64,000 bases of DNA from Mobula hypostoma. Taxonomy: Eukaryota. Of the stretch, positions 37,970 to 51,269 are shown piece by piece. The stretch covers positions 249,118,001 through 249,182,000 of the forward strand of contig NC_086097.1 in assembly GCF_963921235.1 (NCBI RefSeq). The letters run 5' to 3'. Position 1 is the stretch's first letter. Every line of letters begins with the position of its first letter. The notes under the pieces are model-generated. The model saw only the letters and a list, made by a program, of their open reading frames with translations. It made no database searches and was not told where the DNA came from. Made by a program: the position numbers and the translations under genes.

Positions 37970-38536
37970 CACTCAATGGCCACTTTATTACGTACACTTG
38001 TACACCTGCTCATTAATGCAAATATCTAATCAGCCAATCGCATGGCAGCAACTCAATGCATAAAAGCATGCAGACACAGTCAAGAGGTTCAGTTTTTGTT
38101 CAGACCAAACATCAGAATAGGGAAGAAATGGGATCCAAGTGACTTTGACCATGGAATGATCGTTGGTTCCAAACAGGGTGGTTTGAGTATCTCAGAAACT
38201 GCTGATCTCCTGCGACTCTCACACACACAGTGTCTAGAGTTTACAGAGAATGGTGCAAGAAATAAAAACCATCCAGTGAGTGGCGGCTCTGTGGGTGAAA
38301 ACGCCTTGTTAGTGAGAGAGGTCAGAGGAGAACGGCCAGGCTGGTTCAAGCTGACAGGAAGGTGACAGTAACTCAAATAGACACGTGTTACAACAGTGGT
38401 GTGCGCAAGCGTATCCCTGAACACGCGACACTTCAAACCTTGAAGTGGATGGGCTACAAAGGCAGAAGCCCACAAACGCACACTCACTGGCCTCTTTGTT
38501 AGGTACAGGAGGTACACGTACAGCGGCCACTGAGGG
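37970..38536 (+). mobile_element. Tc1-derived non-autonomous DNA transposon
   Basis: TA|cactcaatggccactttatt...ggccactgag TIRs; transposase HTH remnant SDFDHGMIVGSKQGGLSISETADLL; extra internal TIR copy at ~38481-38507. Confidence 0.85.
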
Positions 38537-40909
38537 AATGTCGTGATATTTGTTACTTAACAGCACCAGTACAGTGTAATGCATCAACTTACAATAAGAA
38601 TATATGAAAAATAAATGTACAGTGCAAAAGAGAGAGTAAAATAGTTCATGGGTTCATTTTTATTTTGTAGGACCTGTCCTGGGCCTGGCACGAGTGTAAT
38701 TACAGCTGCACCTCTACTTCCTTAGCAGTCTGCAGTGATTTGTCATGACATCTAATACTTTAGCAACCTTCAATAGTTGGCTGGTGGAGAGTATATTGAC
38801 TGCTGTATCACAGCCTGGTATGGAAACACCAATGCCTGGAATGGAAAATCCTGCATGAAGCAGTGGATAAGGCCCAGCTCATCACGGGTACAGCTCTCCA
38901 CACCATTGAGCACGTCTAATGAAGCATTCTCCCGCAGCAAAGCAGCGTCTATCATCAGGGATCCCCTAGCACCCAGATCATGCTCTCTTCTCACTACTGC
39001 CTGCAGGAAGGAGGTACAGGAGTCTCAGGGCCCACACCACCGGGTTCAGGAACAGATATTACCCCTCAACCATCAGGCTCTTGAACCAAAGGGGATAACT
39101 TCACTCAAATTCACTTGCCCCATCACTAAAATGTTCCCACAACCTATGGACTCACTTTCAAGGATTCTTCATCTCATGTTCTCAATATTTATTGTTTATT
39201 TATTTATTGTTATTATTTCTTTTTTTTTGTATTTGCACAGTTTAACATATAACACATATAACACAATTACAGCACGGAAACAGGCCATCTCGGCCCTTCT
39301 AGTCCGTGCCGAACTCTTACTCTCACCTAGTCCCATCTACCTGCACTCAGCCCATAACCCTCCATTCCTTCCCTGTCCATATACCTATCCAAATTATTTT
39401 TAAATGACAAAATCGAACCTGCCTCTACCACTAGTAGTGGAAGTTTGTTGTCTTTTGCAAACTGCTTGAACACCCAAGTTGGTGTAGACTTCCATTGATT
39501 CTGTTTTAGAGGGTGAATGTCTAGGATGCCCTGCCTGGGGTGGTGGTAGGGGCAGATAGATTAGAGACTTTTAAGAGACGTTGAAGATAGGTACGTGAAT
39601 GTGATGAAAATGGAAGGATAAGGCAGAAGAGATTAGTTTAGTTAGCCATTTGATTACCAATTTAATTGGTTCAGTATAACATTGTGGGCCAGTTCCTGTG
39701 CTGTACTGCTGTATGTTCAATGTTCTATCAGTAGTAGCCTGTCCTGTTCACATAGTTACCATGACCAGGAGAGCTCACCCAAGTCTCTAATTCCTCAGGA
39801 GGCCACAGGAATTTGGCATGTCCTCCAATGACCTTTACAAATGATTATGAATGCACCATAGAGAGAATCCTACCCAATGCACCACGGCTTGGCTTGGCTT
39901 GGCAACTAATCTGCCGGTGACCAGAAGAAACTGCAGAGAGTTGTGAACACAGCTCAGCACATCATGGAAACCAGCCTCCTGTCCATGGACTCTGCTCAAT
40001 GCCTCAGTAAGTCAGCCAGCATGATCAACAACCCACCCACCTGGACATCCTCTCTTCTCCCCTGCAGGTGGAAGATACAAAGAAGATATATTAAGCACGC
40101 TGCTCCATTCGCCAAAAGTGGAACTTCCTAGTGGCCAAACATTTTAATTCCCATTCCCATTCCTGTTCTGATATGCCCATGGCCCTCTCGTGCCAAGATG
40201 AGGCCACCCTCAGGGTAGAGGAGCAACAGCTTATGTTCCGTCTGGGTAACCTCCAACCCGATGGCAAGAACATCGATTACTCCTTCTAGTTAAAAAATAT
40301 TTCCCTCCATCTCCACTCTTCTATTCCTCACTCTGGCCTCTTACCTCTTCTCACTTGCCTATCACCTCCCCCTGGTGCCCCTCCTTCTTCCCTCTCTCCT
40401 ATTGTCCACTCTCCTCTGCTATCCGAGTCCTTCCTCGCCAACCCTTGACCCTTCCACCCGCCTGGCTTCACCTATCACCTTCCCCTGCCCCCACCTCTTT
40501 ATTCTGGCATCTTCACCCTTCTTTCTCAGTCCTCGTGAAGGGTCTCGGCCCAAAACATTGACTGTTTTGTTCATTTCCACAGATGCTGCCTGACCTGCTG
40601 AGTTCTTCCAGCATTTTGCTCTGGTTTCCAGCAAAACGCAGAATTCCTTGTGTGCAGAATTTACAAAAGCCTGAAAGCACCAGGCTTAAGGACAGCTTCA
40701 ACCCTGCTGTTAAATGGTTCCCTAGTACAGTAAGATAGACTCCTGACTTCATAATCTACCTTATTACCACCCTACTGCCTTATTATCTGCATTTTTTTGT
40801 TTACCTGCACTTCAGTTTCTCTGTAGCTGTTAGTCCGATCAGATTATTACCACAGTGCATTGAGCTAGAACACGGTGAAACAGTAACAATGCAGAATAAA
40901 GTCTAACCT

Positions 40910-43900
40910 TTTCCCTTCCGACTCTCGCTGACAAAAGACCATGAAATCCCTGTTCCCAGACCCACAGGAAAGAACAACATCCTTCTCATTGGATAGCACA
41001 CATTCCAGAGTCCCGCTATCTCTAGTCATAACCCAAACATTGCTGCTACAGAGAAACCATTACCTTAGCAGTGGAAAATTACAGAGAGGCCATTACATTA
41101 GTAGTAAAGCCTTACAGTGTGTTGCACTCTCCCCCCACCAAATTTAGCCTTGTCCTCATGACATTGAGATAATTCGCCAACTCTTCCTGCAAAACACAAA
41201 GCCCAATCCAGGTGTAAAAGGCAATGACATGGTGCCCCAACACAGTAGGGTTCACACTCTGCTCCCCTGGTGCTACGTAGGCCAGCCCATCTGGTAGTCT
41301 CCTAATTCTCTGAGACCTCTATACCCCCTCACCTAGCTCTTCAGGTTCAGACACTACCAGGGATACTTCCGGTCTACTTGGCGAGGCCTCCCCAGACCTA
41401 TCACTCATGCCCACCTGCAACTCGGACCCCTCTGCCCCGTGATCAAACCCCGCTTCCTCCCCTGCAGAGTCCTGCTGTAACCCAGGCTGCCCATAGATAG
41501 CACCCCCCCACTTCACCTAAAACAGCGGGAGAAGGGCTGAGAGACTCTTCCTCAATCGATGGGGAGTTAGCGAAAGGCAGAACATATCACACATCCAGGT
41601 CCTCATCCTCCGAATCAGTATCCCTCTCAGGGGTGGGGGCTGGCCTAACCTCGCCTGCTGGGGGCCCTGTAGTTGATCAGTGTTTCCACAGAGTCCTCTT
41701 ACCAGGCGTAGGCTCCAAGTTGGGCTCTGGGTCTACCTGCACCTCTTGTCCCAGGGGCAACAGGTGGTTCCGATGGAGAATCTTGACAGGCCCATTCCCC
41801 TCCTCTGGTTTCACCCGGAACACTGGTCGGTCTGGCATCTGACTCTCCACCACACAGGGTGTGGCCACCCAGCTGTCAGCCAACTTGTGCTTTCCCGGTC
41901 GCTTCAAATTCCTTATAGGAGTTGGGAGAACCTCACCTTTTGATCGTACCTCCTCTTATTTCCTTGATTCTGCTTGGTAGACACAACCCCAGCTAATTCA
42001 TAAGCCCTTTTCAGCTCTCTTCTCAAGTCAGACACATACTTCAGCTAAGTCTTCGGGGGTAAGTCACCCTCGTCAGTCCCAAACCAAAGGTCAATGGGAA
42101 ACCTCACTTCATGCCCAAACATCAGATACTATGGCGAGTACCCAGTAGCTTCATTCCGCGTACAATTGTAACTGTGAACCAGATGTCCAGTATGTTGACT
42201 CCACCTGCTGTTCTTGCTGATCTCCAGGGTCCCAAGCATGTCCAGCAAGGTCCGATTGAACCTCTCGGGCTGGGGATCACCCTGCAGGTGGTAGGGCATG
42301 GTCTTTGACTTCTCAACTCCAAGCATGCCCAGTAACTCATGGATGAGTCTGCTCTCGAAATCCCGTCCCTGATCACTATGTATTCACCTGAGAAGGCCAT
42401 AATAAATGAAATACTTTTCCCATAACACTTTTGCCACCGTAGTCACCCTCTGGTCCTTGGTGGGAAAAGCCTGAGCATATCTGGTGTGGTGGTCCGTGAT
42501 GACTAAGACATTTGCCGTATTGCTGGCATCGGGTTCTATGGACAGGAAATCCATACACACCGGGTCTAGGGGCCCTGCACTCTGTAAGTGGGACAAGGGA
42601 GCTGCCCGCGTGGCAGTGTCTTCCTCTGTATGCATCGAACACACGACTTGCAATATTCTTTAACCTCCGACTTCATTCGGGGCCAGTAAAACAGGTCTCT
42701 GAGCAATCCATAGGTCTTTTCCACCCCCAAATGTCCAGAATCATCATGAAGTGACTTCAACGCCATCCTCTGATACTTCTCAGGCAGAACCAACTGGCAA
42801 TGCTGAGGTCAGTCTGGGGGTGACGTGACCCAGTATAAGATCTGGTTCCGCAACTACAACTCAATAATGGAGGCACCACCGCGTGTTTCGTCTTCTCTGC
42901 CTGAGCCATCTCTCCCTTTTCGACCGCTGACCAATGGTACCGATGCCCGGGTCATCTCGCTGGCCAGCTGCCACTTCCCCAGAACTCAATTCCGGCAGCT
43001 GATTTGTCTTCAGAGCAGTCAGGGTACAGTAAACTTGGGGAATGGCGTCATCAGAAGCCCCCAATTGATCCACTGCTCAATCCTGCCCCTCCTTTCCCTC
43101 TGCCTTCACGGTGATGGCAAACTGACACAAGGCCTTCACCCCCGGGGCAGGAACGCTCTCCCACTCCTCGTCCCTGTCCAGTCCCTCAGGCACCCGTCGG
43201 GACAAAGCATCCGCATCAATGTTCCATCTTCCTGGCTGGTATTTCAGGCTGAAATCAGAATCAGAATCAGAATCAGGTTTATTATCACCGGCATGTGACG
43301 TGAAATTTGATAACTTAGCAGCAGCAGTTCAATGCAATACATAATCCAGCAGAGAGAAAAAATAAATAAATAAAATAAAACAATAATAAATAAACAAGTA
43401 AATCAATTACGTATATTGAATAGATTTTAAAAATGTGCAAAAACAGAAATACTGTATATTAAAAAAGGTGAGGTAGAGTCCAAAGCTTCAATGTCCATTT
43501 CAGAATCGGATGGCAGAGGGGAAGAAGCTGTTCCTGAATCACTGAGTGTGTGCCTTCAGGCTTCTGTACCTCCTACCTGATGGTGAGAGACATAGGCAGA
43601 CAACACCACCAGCCACTGAAGGCTGTAGTATCCAGTTTCGCCGAAGTCAGGATGTAAGTGAGGACAGACTCCGGCTGACAAACGTAACGGATCTCAACCC
43701 GGTGCCCTGATCCTGATACAGGATGCCCCCCCCCGCCCCCCCAAGCCCTCTCAGCTGGCATCTGTGTGCAGTACATACGGCAATCGGGGGTCTGCAAAAG
43801 CCAGCACAAACTCCTGTGTCAGCAGCTCATTCAGCGACTGAAAGTCCTCCTCATATTTTACGTCCCACCTTGGTCCAAATGGCTCTGATGGGCTAAGATA

Positions 43901-45500
43901 TTCTTCACCTTCCTGTCCTTTTTTCCCCCTCCCTTTCTTCTCCAAAGGAGGGTAACTGCACAGAAGCTGATTAATGGGTGACTCTCTTTCACGTAGTCCT
44001 TCACAAACCTCCGATAGTAACCACAGAACCCAAGGAACGAGCGCAGAGCACTCACAGTCTGGGGTCTTGGCCAAGTAGTCTCCGCCTCTATCTTAGCTGG
44101 ATCTGTAACTACTCCATCCCATGAGACTATGTGCCCAACGTAGCTAACAGACGTTTTGCAGAACTGGCACTTGCCCAAGAAAAGTTTTAACCCTTCAGCT
44201 TTCAGGCAGCTGAGCACCTTCAGCAGCCTCACTTCATGTTTGTCCAAGGTGGATCCAAATACTATAAGGACATCCAGATAAACATCAATATCTCAAGCAA
44301 GTTCATATCCCCCACTGTCTTCTCCATAACCCACTGGAAAGTTGTAGGAGCTCCCGATATGCCCTGGAGAATCCTTTCAAACTGGAAGAATCCCAGGGGA
44401 CATACAAATGCTGTCTTCTTTTTGTCGGCCTCACTCATGGGGATCTGGTAATATCCACTCCTCAAGTCCAGCACACTGAACCACTTCGCACCACTCAGGC
44501 AGGCCAGTGCGTCTTCAATCCTCGGGACAGTATACTGGTGGGGGATGGTGCACCTGTTCGGAGTCCTATAGTCCACACACATCCATACCTTCCCATTCTT
44601 CTTTCAGGCCACTACTATTGGGGACGCATAGGGGTTTCAGGACTCGGTGATGATCCCAGCTTCCTTCAACTTACACAAATGCTGCTGACCGTCTTCCACG
44701 TCTGCAGGGGCCAGTCGCCGTGACCTCTCTCTAAACGGGGTGTCCTCGGTCACCCGAATAGTGTGACGAGTGCTCTTGGAACAACCCACATCAAACTCAC
44801 CAGTGGAAAGACACCTTCCAATTTCAACATCTTCTCTACCAGTCTCCTTTTGCAACCCGCAGGAACCAGGGAGTCCCCGAAGTTAAATGACTCAGTGGTC
44901 AACTTTCCCCCTTTTTCCAATAGTTTCTCCCCGTCGTGTCTCACAGGGACACTAGACATTACCATCACCGGGAAGAGATGCACCAGGGCATTCTCCGCTT
45001 GAAGGTGACCTCCCTCTTCGTAGTGTTCCTGACGATCACTGCCATCCTGCTCGCCTGTACACCCGAGGGCTTCTGCAATTCTGGCCTCACCAGTACCCCA
45101 GCAGGAAATCCCGACTCCCCCTCGTGGTCTTCTAGAGCATCACTAAGAGGGCTTTGCCCTCAGGCACGCTGGGAAATTTTGGGGTCCCCATCACTCTGGC
45201 TACTTCCCCGGGCCGTACCATTATTGGCTTCAACTGGGTGAACCACACAGTCCCTCGTCTAAATTCGGTATCCGGCCCAATGCAACAGGCAACTTCCTCA
45301 AAAGCAGTCTGAAACCCCGGGTGCACGGACAATGTTCCCAGAAAGCTCTCGCCAGCCTTCTCCTTGCAGGCCCCCATGAGCCTCCTCACAAGAGGGGTGT
45401 CGGTCCCCACCAGAATTGAAATGCCTCCCTCCTCAGCGGGGTCCGGACAAACCAGCACCAGTGTATCAAGGACGTCAGACACTCCCACATCAGCCTCCCT
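40910..45500 (-). mobile_element. Gypsy LTR retrotransposon relic, canonical RT-RNaseH-IN order
   Basis: RT (MCVDYR, LDLRSGYYQI, YVGHIVS, RSFLGFCGYYRRFV); RNase H (LHTDAS); integrase (HDDSGHLG..FYWP..CKSCVRC, DFLSIE, ERFNRTLLDML). PPT ggtggggggagag at 41127-41139 followed by TG of a truncated 3' LTR. Confidence 0.93.
43251..43583 (-). mobile_element. Rex1/Babar-like 3' end inserted in Gypsy pol
   Basis: (TCTGAT)n tail; PSGRRYRSLKAHTQ.FRNSFFP-type coding remnant. Confidence 0.8.
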
Positions 45501-47369
45501 TCATTTACTTGGGACTCTGTTGTTTAATTTTAACAAGAAACTTTTGCCAAACAGTTTCTAACTAGCGTCAGTCACGTGCAGAGGAGATGTCAGGGGTAAG
45601 TTGTTTGTTTGTTTGTTTCTTTTTTTTTTACACAGACAGTGGTGAGTGCGTGGAATGGCTTCCAGCAACGGTGGTGGAGGCAGATATGATAGGGTCTTTT
45701 AAGAGACTCCTGGATAGGTACATGGAGCTTAGGAAAATAGAGGGCTATGGGTAAGCCTAGGTAGTTCTAAGGTAAGGACATGTCCCGCTTTCTCTGATGG
45801 ACGGAACATAGGTGCTCGGCAAAGGGGCCTCCAATCTATGTTGGGTCTCAATGATAAACAGGAGGCCACACCGGGAGCACTGAGCACAATATATGACCCC
45901 AACAGACTCGCAGGAGAAGTGTCACCTCACCTGGAAGGACTGTTTGGGACCCTGGATGGTAGTGAGGGAGGAGGTGTAGGGGTAGGTGTCGCACTTGTTC
46001 CGCTTGCAAGGATAAGTGCCAGGAGGGAGATCAGTGGGGAGGGACAAATGGACAAGGGAGTCGTGCAGGGTGTTTTCCCTGCACCAAGCAGAAAGTGGGG
46101 GAGGGAAAGATGTGCTTGGTTGCGGGACCCCGTTAGAGATGACGGAAGTTGAGGAGAATTATGTGCTGGACGCGGAGGCTGATGGGATGGTAGGTGAGGA
46201 CAAGAGGAACCCTATCCCTGCTGGTGTGGCGGGAGGATGGGGTGGGAGCAGGTGTCCATGAAATGGAAGAGATGTGGTTGAGGGCAGCTTTGATTGTGAA
46301 GGAAGGGAGCCCCCTTTCTTTCAACATAAGAACATAAGAAATAGGAGCAGGAGTCTGTCATCTGGCCCATCGAGCCTGCTCCATCATTCAATAAGATCAT
46401 GGCTGATCTGGCCATGGGCTCATCTCCACCTACCTGCCTTCTCCGGATTGTACTCCATCTGCCACTTCTCGGGCCAGTTCTGCAGCCTGCGACAACTATC
46501 TTCACTCTCCACAATGGGTTTTAAGGAGGAAGCAATAGTGAAGGAGGAGGACGAGGGTAGGGAGGAGGTGGGGGAGAGGGTGGTGGAGATGAAACAACTG
46601 TCTGCAGATGAGTGTAACCCTGAGTTGATGTTCCTCCACCTGCTTTCTGCTGAGGTCTAACATCACCACTAAACAATTCAAACCCATCTTTGCCTACCTC
46701 CAATTGTCATTTCTTACCTCGACCTATGTTTAAACAGTTCTGATTTTACTCACCCCTCTCTCCCTCTCCGCAGCCTGCTTGTGTTATTTGCTACTGAGTC
46801 TCTTGCAAGAACATCCCAGATCTTCCCAAACAACACTGGTTACTCTCCAGCAAGGACACTGCCCAAAGCAAACGATCCCCTTACTGTTTCCATACTCTCC
46901 ATTAACCGTCTCCATTTCTATCAGCCGACAAAACTACATTTAAAGTTCCTCCCCATGCCCGCACGGGTTTCCTCTGGGTTTCTCCCACAGAATACAGACG
47001 TACCAATTGGTAGATTAATTGATCATTGTAAACTGTCCCGTGATTAGGCTAGGATTACGCTGGACGGCACGTCTTGAAGGGCTTGTTGGGCTTTTTCTCT
47101 GATGTATCTCAATAAATAAAAATAAATACATTTTGTCTGTATTGCACTAAATATTTTTTTTTAAATTTTGATTATAATTATTAAATTGTTGCTGCTTATA
47201 GTGTGTGTTTGCTGTTACATGAATCTTGGACTAATGTGTGTGTGTTTACTCAGTAGTACCTACTTAGCTACTGTGTAGTTTCATTGTACACTTCATTAGG
47301 TTGTGCTATCAGGTTACAGCAGGGTGATGACTCCATAGTAATCTGACTAACATGGCAAAGCTGGCACGT

Positions 47370-48660
47370 ATCACAGTCAGAGTCATGGTCAATATCACTG
47401 GCATATTGCATGTTGACAAATACTTTGTTTAGTGGCAGTAGTACATTACAATTCATAATAAAAACTAAATTACAGTAAGTATATATACAAAAAGGTAAAT
47501 AAAGTACGTAGCGCAAAAAGAGAAGAAAGGAAAAAGTTCATGCGTTCACTCTCCATTTCGAAATCCAGTGGCAGAGGTGAAGAAGCTGTTCAGAAAATGT
47601 TGAGTGTGTGTCTTCATCCTCCTGTACCTCCTTCCCTGATGGTAGCAATGAGAAGAGGGTGTGTCCTGGCTGATGGGGTGCAATGGATACTGCCTCTCAA
47701 GGCATCGCCTTTTGAAGGTGTCCTCGACGCTGGGGAGACGAAAACCCATGATGGAGCTGGCTGAGTTTACAGCTTTCTGCAGCTTTTTCCGATCCTGTGC
47801 TGTGGCCCCTCTGTCTCAGACAGTTAGAATTCTCTTCGTGGTACATCTGCAGAAAGTTGTGTGTGTCTTTGGTGACATACCAGTTCTTAAACTCCTAATG
47901 GAAATAAAGTCACTGTCACGCCTTCTTTGTAATTACATCATTACCTTGGACTGAGGATAGATCCTATGAGATGGTGACTCCCAGAAATTTGAAACTGCTC
48001 AGCTTTTCCACTTCTGATCCCTCGATGAGGACTGGTGTGTGTTCCCTCAATTCCCCCTTCCACAATCAATTCCTTGCTCCTACTGATTGATGTTGAGTGC
48101 AAGGTTGTTGCTGTGACACCACTCAACCAGCTGATCGATCTCACTCCTCCTATCTGCAATCCTGACAACAGTTGTGTCGTCAGCTGGTGGCATGGTGGCA
48201 TCAGCACCGGACTTCGGAGCAAAGGCACTGAGTTCGAATCCAGCCGGCTCCCTTGCACACTTGCTATCTGTGCTGGGTTGAGCGTCGAGCTAGCAACTCG
48301 GCCTCGTAAAAATGAGGAAGCCTGCTAAAACAAAACGCCATCATGATGACTCCACTCGGAGTTAAGGGCTTTCTTCTTCTTCAGCAAATTTATAGATGGT
48401 GTTTGAGCTGTCCCTAGCTGTAGAGAGAGTAAGCACGCATCCTCGATGTGTGCCAGTGTTAATTGTCAGCGAGGAGATGTTATTCATACTGATTGTGGTC
48501 TCTCAGAGAGGAGGCCAAGGATCCAGCTGCAGAGGGAGGTACAGAGGCCCATCTTTTTTTTTTAGTTTGTTGATTAGAAATGAGAAATGTTGAAATCTGA
48601 GCTCTAGTCAATAGGCAATGGCCTGGCACAGATATTACTGTTGTCCAGGTGATCCAAGGT
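47370..48660 (-). mobile_element. Rex1/Babar-like LINE 3' portion with a SINE insert
   Basis: IYKFADDTTVV reconstructs across the SINE; LPSVEDTFKRRCL; GRRYRRMKTHTQHFLNSFF. Confidence 0.82.
48181..48380 (+). mobile_element. tRNA-derived SINE
   Basis: B box GTTCGAATCC, (TTC)n tail, flanking tcagc duplication. Relatives at ~62376-62637 (+), ~54760-54965 (-) and ~25145-25340 (-). Confidence 0.8.
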
Positions 48661-48981
48661 ACAAAACAAGCTCAAGGAAAGATGTGCAAAGAACAAAAAC
48701 AGGACAGAGGATAATATTACAATAATAGCTGGTTGTTTCCGGAACAGTTTCTTCCCTTCCACCAGATTTCTGAATGGTCCATGAACCCATGAACACTACC
48801 TCACAATTCTGTTCTCTTTTTGCACTGCTGATTTATTGGTTTGTATGGGCATTTCTTATCGTAACATAGAATATTTTATGTCTTACACTGTATTACTGCC
48901 ACAAAACAACAGATTTCACGGCGTATGTCAGTGGCAATAAATCTGATGCTGATCCTGAACCCCCAGCTCACCAAACACTCT

Positions 48982-50420
48982 GCTGATGTACCACAGAGAG
49001 TGTCCTGACCGGCCGATGTACCGCGGAGAGCACCCTGACCGGCCGCTGTACCGCGGAGAGCGTCCTGACCGGCTGACATACCGCAGCGAGGGTTCTCACC
49101 GGTTGATGTACCGCGGAGAGTGTCCTGACCGGCCGATGTACGCGGAGAGCGTCCTGACCGGCTGACATACCGCAGCGAGGGTTCTCACCGGTTGATGTAC
49201 CGCGGAGAGTGTCCAGACCGGCCAATGTACGCGGAGAGCGTCCTGACCGGCTGACGTACCGCAGCGATCATTCTCACTGGCTGACGTACGACGGAGAGCA
49301 TCTTGACTGGTCGATGTACCGCGGAGAGCATCCTGACTGACTGCTGTACCACGGAGAGCGTCCTGACCGGTTGATGTACCGCAGCGAGCATTCTCACCGG
49401 TTGATGTACCGCGGAGAGCGTCCTGACCGGCCGACGTACTGCGGAGAGCATCCTGACCGGCCGCTGTACCGCAGAGAGCGTCCTGACCGGCCGCTGTACC
49501 GCGGAGAGCATCCTGACCGGCCGACGTACCGCAGAGAGCATCCTGAGCGGCTGACGTACCGCGGAGAGCATCCTGAGCGGCTGCTGTACCGCGGAGAGGG
49601 TTCTGACCGGTTGATGTACCGCGGAGAGCGTCCTGACCGGCCGATGTACTGCAGCGAGCGTTCTCACTGGCTGATGTACCACGGAGAGCATCCTGACCGG
49701 CCGACGTACCGCGGAGAGCGTCTTGACCAGCTGCTGTACCGCAGAGAGCATCCTGACTGGCCGACGTACCGCGGAGAGCATCCTGAGCAGCTGCTGTACC
49801 ACGGAGAGGGTTCTGACCGGCCGACGTACCGCGGAGAGCATCCTGACCGGCCGCTGTACCGCAGAGAGCATCCTGACCGGCCGACGTACCGCGGAGAGCA
49901 TCCTGAGCGGCTGACGTACCGCGGAGAGCATCCTGAGCGGCTGCTGTACCGCGGAGAGGGTTCTGACCGGTTGATGTACCGCGGAGAGCGTCCTGACCGG
50001 CCGATGTACTGCAGCGAGCGTTCTCACTGGCTGACGTACCGCGGAGAGCATCCTCAGCGGCTGCTGTACCGCGGAGAGCGTCCTGACCGGCTGCTGTACC
50101 GCGGAGAGCATCCTGACCGGCCGATGTACCGCAGCGAGCGTTCTCACTGGCTGACGTACCGCGGAGAGCATCCTGACCGGCCGATGTACCGCAGCGAGCG
50201 TTCTCACTGGCTGACGTACCGCGGAGAGCATCCTGACCAGCTGCTGTACCGCATAGAGCATTCTCACTGGCTGACGTACCACGGAGAGCATTCTCACTGG
50301 CTGACATACCGCGGAGAGCATCCTGACCAGCTGCTGTACCGCAGAGAGCGTTCTCACTGGCTGATGTACCGCGGAGAGCATCCTGACCGGCTGACATACT
50401 GCGGAGAACGTTCTGACTGG
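48982..50420 (+). repeat. 30-bp CpG-rich minisatellite, ~48 units, inside a Rex1/Babar-like LINE fragment (~48965-50830)
   Basis: Unit ~GCGGAGAGCATCCTGACCGGCTGATGTACC, visibly in register across lines 49261-50400; two 29-bp units near 49140 and 49230. Confidence 0.97.
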
Positions 50421-51269
50421 TTGCGTCACTCTCTGGTACAGAGGGGCCACTGCAGAGGATGAGAAAAAGCTGCAGACTGTTTTAGACCCAGCCATCTCTA
50501 TCACGGGCACTAGCCTCCCACCACCAAGGGCATCGTCAAAAGGCAATGCCTCAGGAAGGCATCATTAAGGACCCTCACTATGAAGACATGCCCTCTTCTC
50601 ATTCCTACCATCAGGGGAGAGTCACAGGAGTCTGGGAATGCACACTCAGTGTTTTGGTAACAGCTTCTTCTCTCCTCCATCAAACTTTTTTTGAACTCTC
50701 CAGGAATCCATGATCACTGTCTCATTATCCCTCAGTCTGCACTTTTTCCTGTGACGTGTGATTTTTGAGTTTTGTTTTCAGTGCCACGGCTACAGAACAG
50801 CAAAGTTCAGGACACGTGACCGAGGTCGCACTGCCAATCTGATTGCGAACGAGAGTCAGTGTTAAGAGACAAGGGCCCCAAAGGAGGGAAGTTAGGACAG
50901 GGAGGCAAGAGGTGGGTAACAGGGGAGACAAGGGGGTTTTTAAAAAAAAGGCTGATGGATCCAGGCGAGGAGCGAGGGAGGACGCGGTGGGAGGAAGATC
51001 GCGGTGGGAGGAAGATCGGAGGGTGAAAAGAAGGACAAAGCCTGCAAACGCTGAAGCGATTGGCTAGTCGATGGATGGGAATGGGTGATCACTGCCAGGC
51101 TACTCATAGAACGTAGAATTGTACAGCATAGCACAGCACAGCCCACAATATTGTGCCAACATTTTAATCTGATCAATCTAACCATTCCCTCCTACATGCC
51201 CATCCCTTCAAGATTCAAAAATTGTTTAATGTTATTTCCAGTAGACAAGTGTAAAGAATGAAGTGTGAG

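Noticed and set aside
38777..39403. 208-aa ORF with hydrophobic C-terminus
   Set aside because: It is a chance read-through of a Rex1/Babar 3' end, its T-rich UTR and a CR1 tail.
48170..48400. Targeted inactivation of RT active sites (SINE inserted in FADD here, scar in FADD at 11461)
   Set aside because: Two events by different mechanisms in already truncated copies; coincidence is sufficient.
48982..50420. CRISPR-like array
   Set aside because: Units are contiguous with no unique spacers, there are no cas genes, and the context is vertebrate.
49096..50546. Three long repetitive ORFs (433, 453 and 363 aa) suggesting a repeat protein or antifreeze-like gene
   Set aside because: A 30-bp unit keeps any stop-free frame open on both strands. 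The ancestral LINE frame is the one with stops, and there is no splice or promoter evidence.
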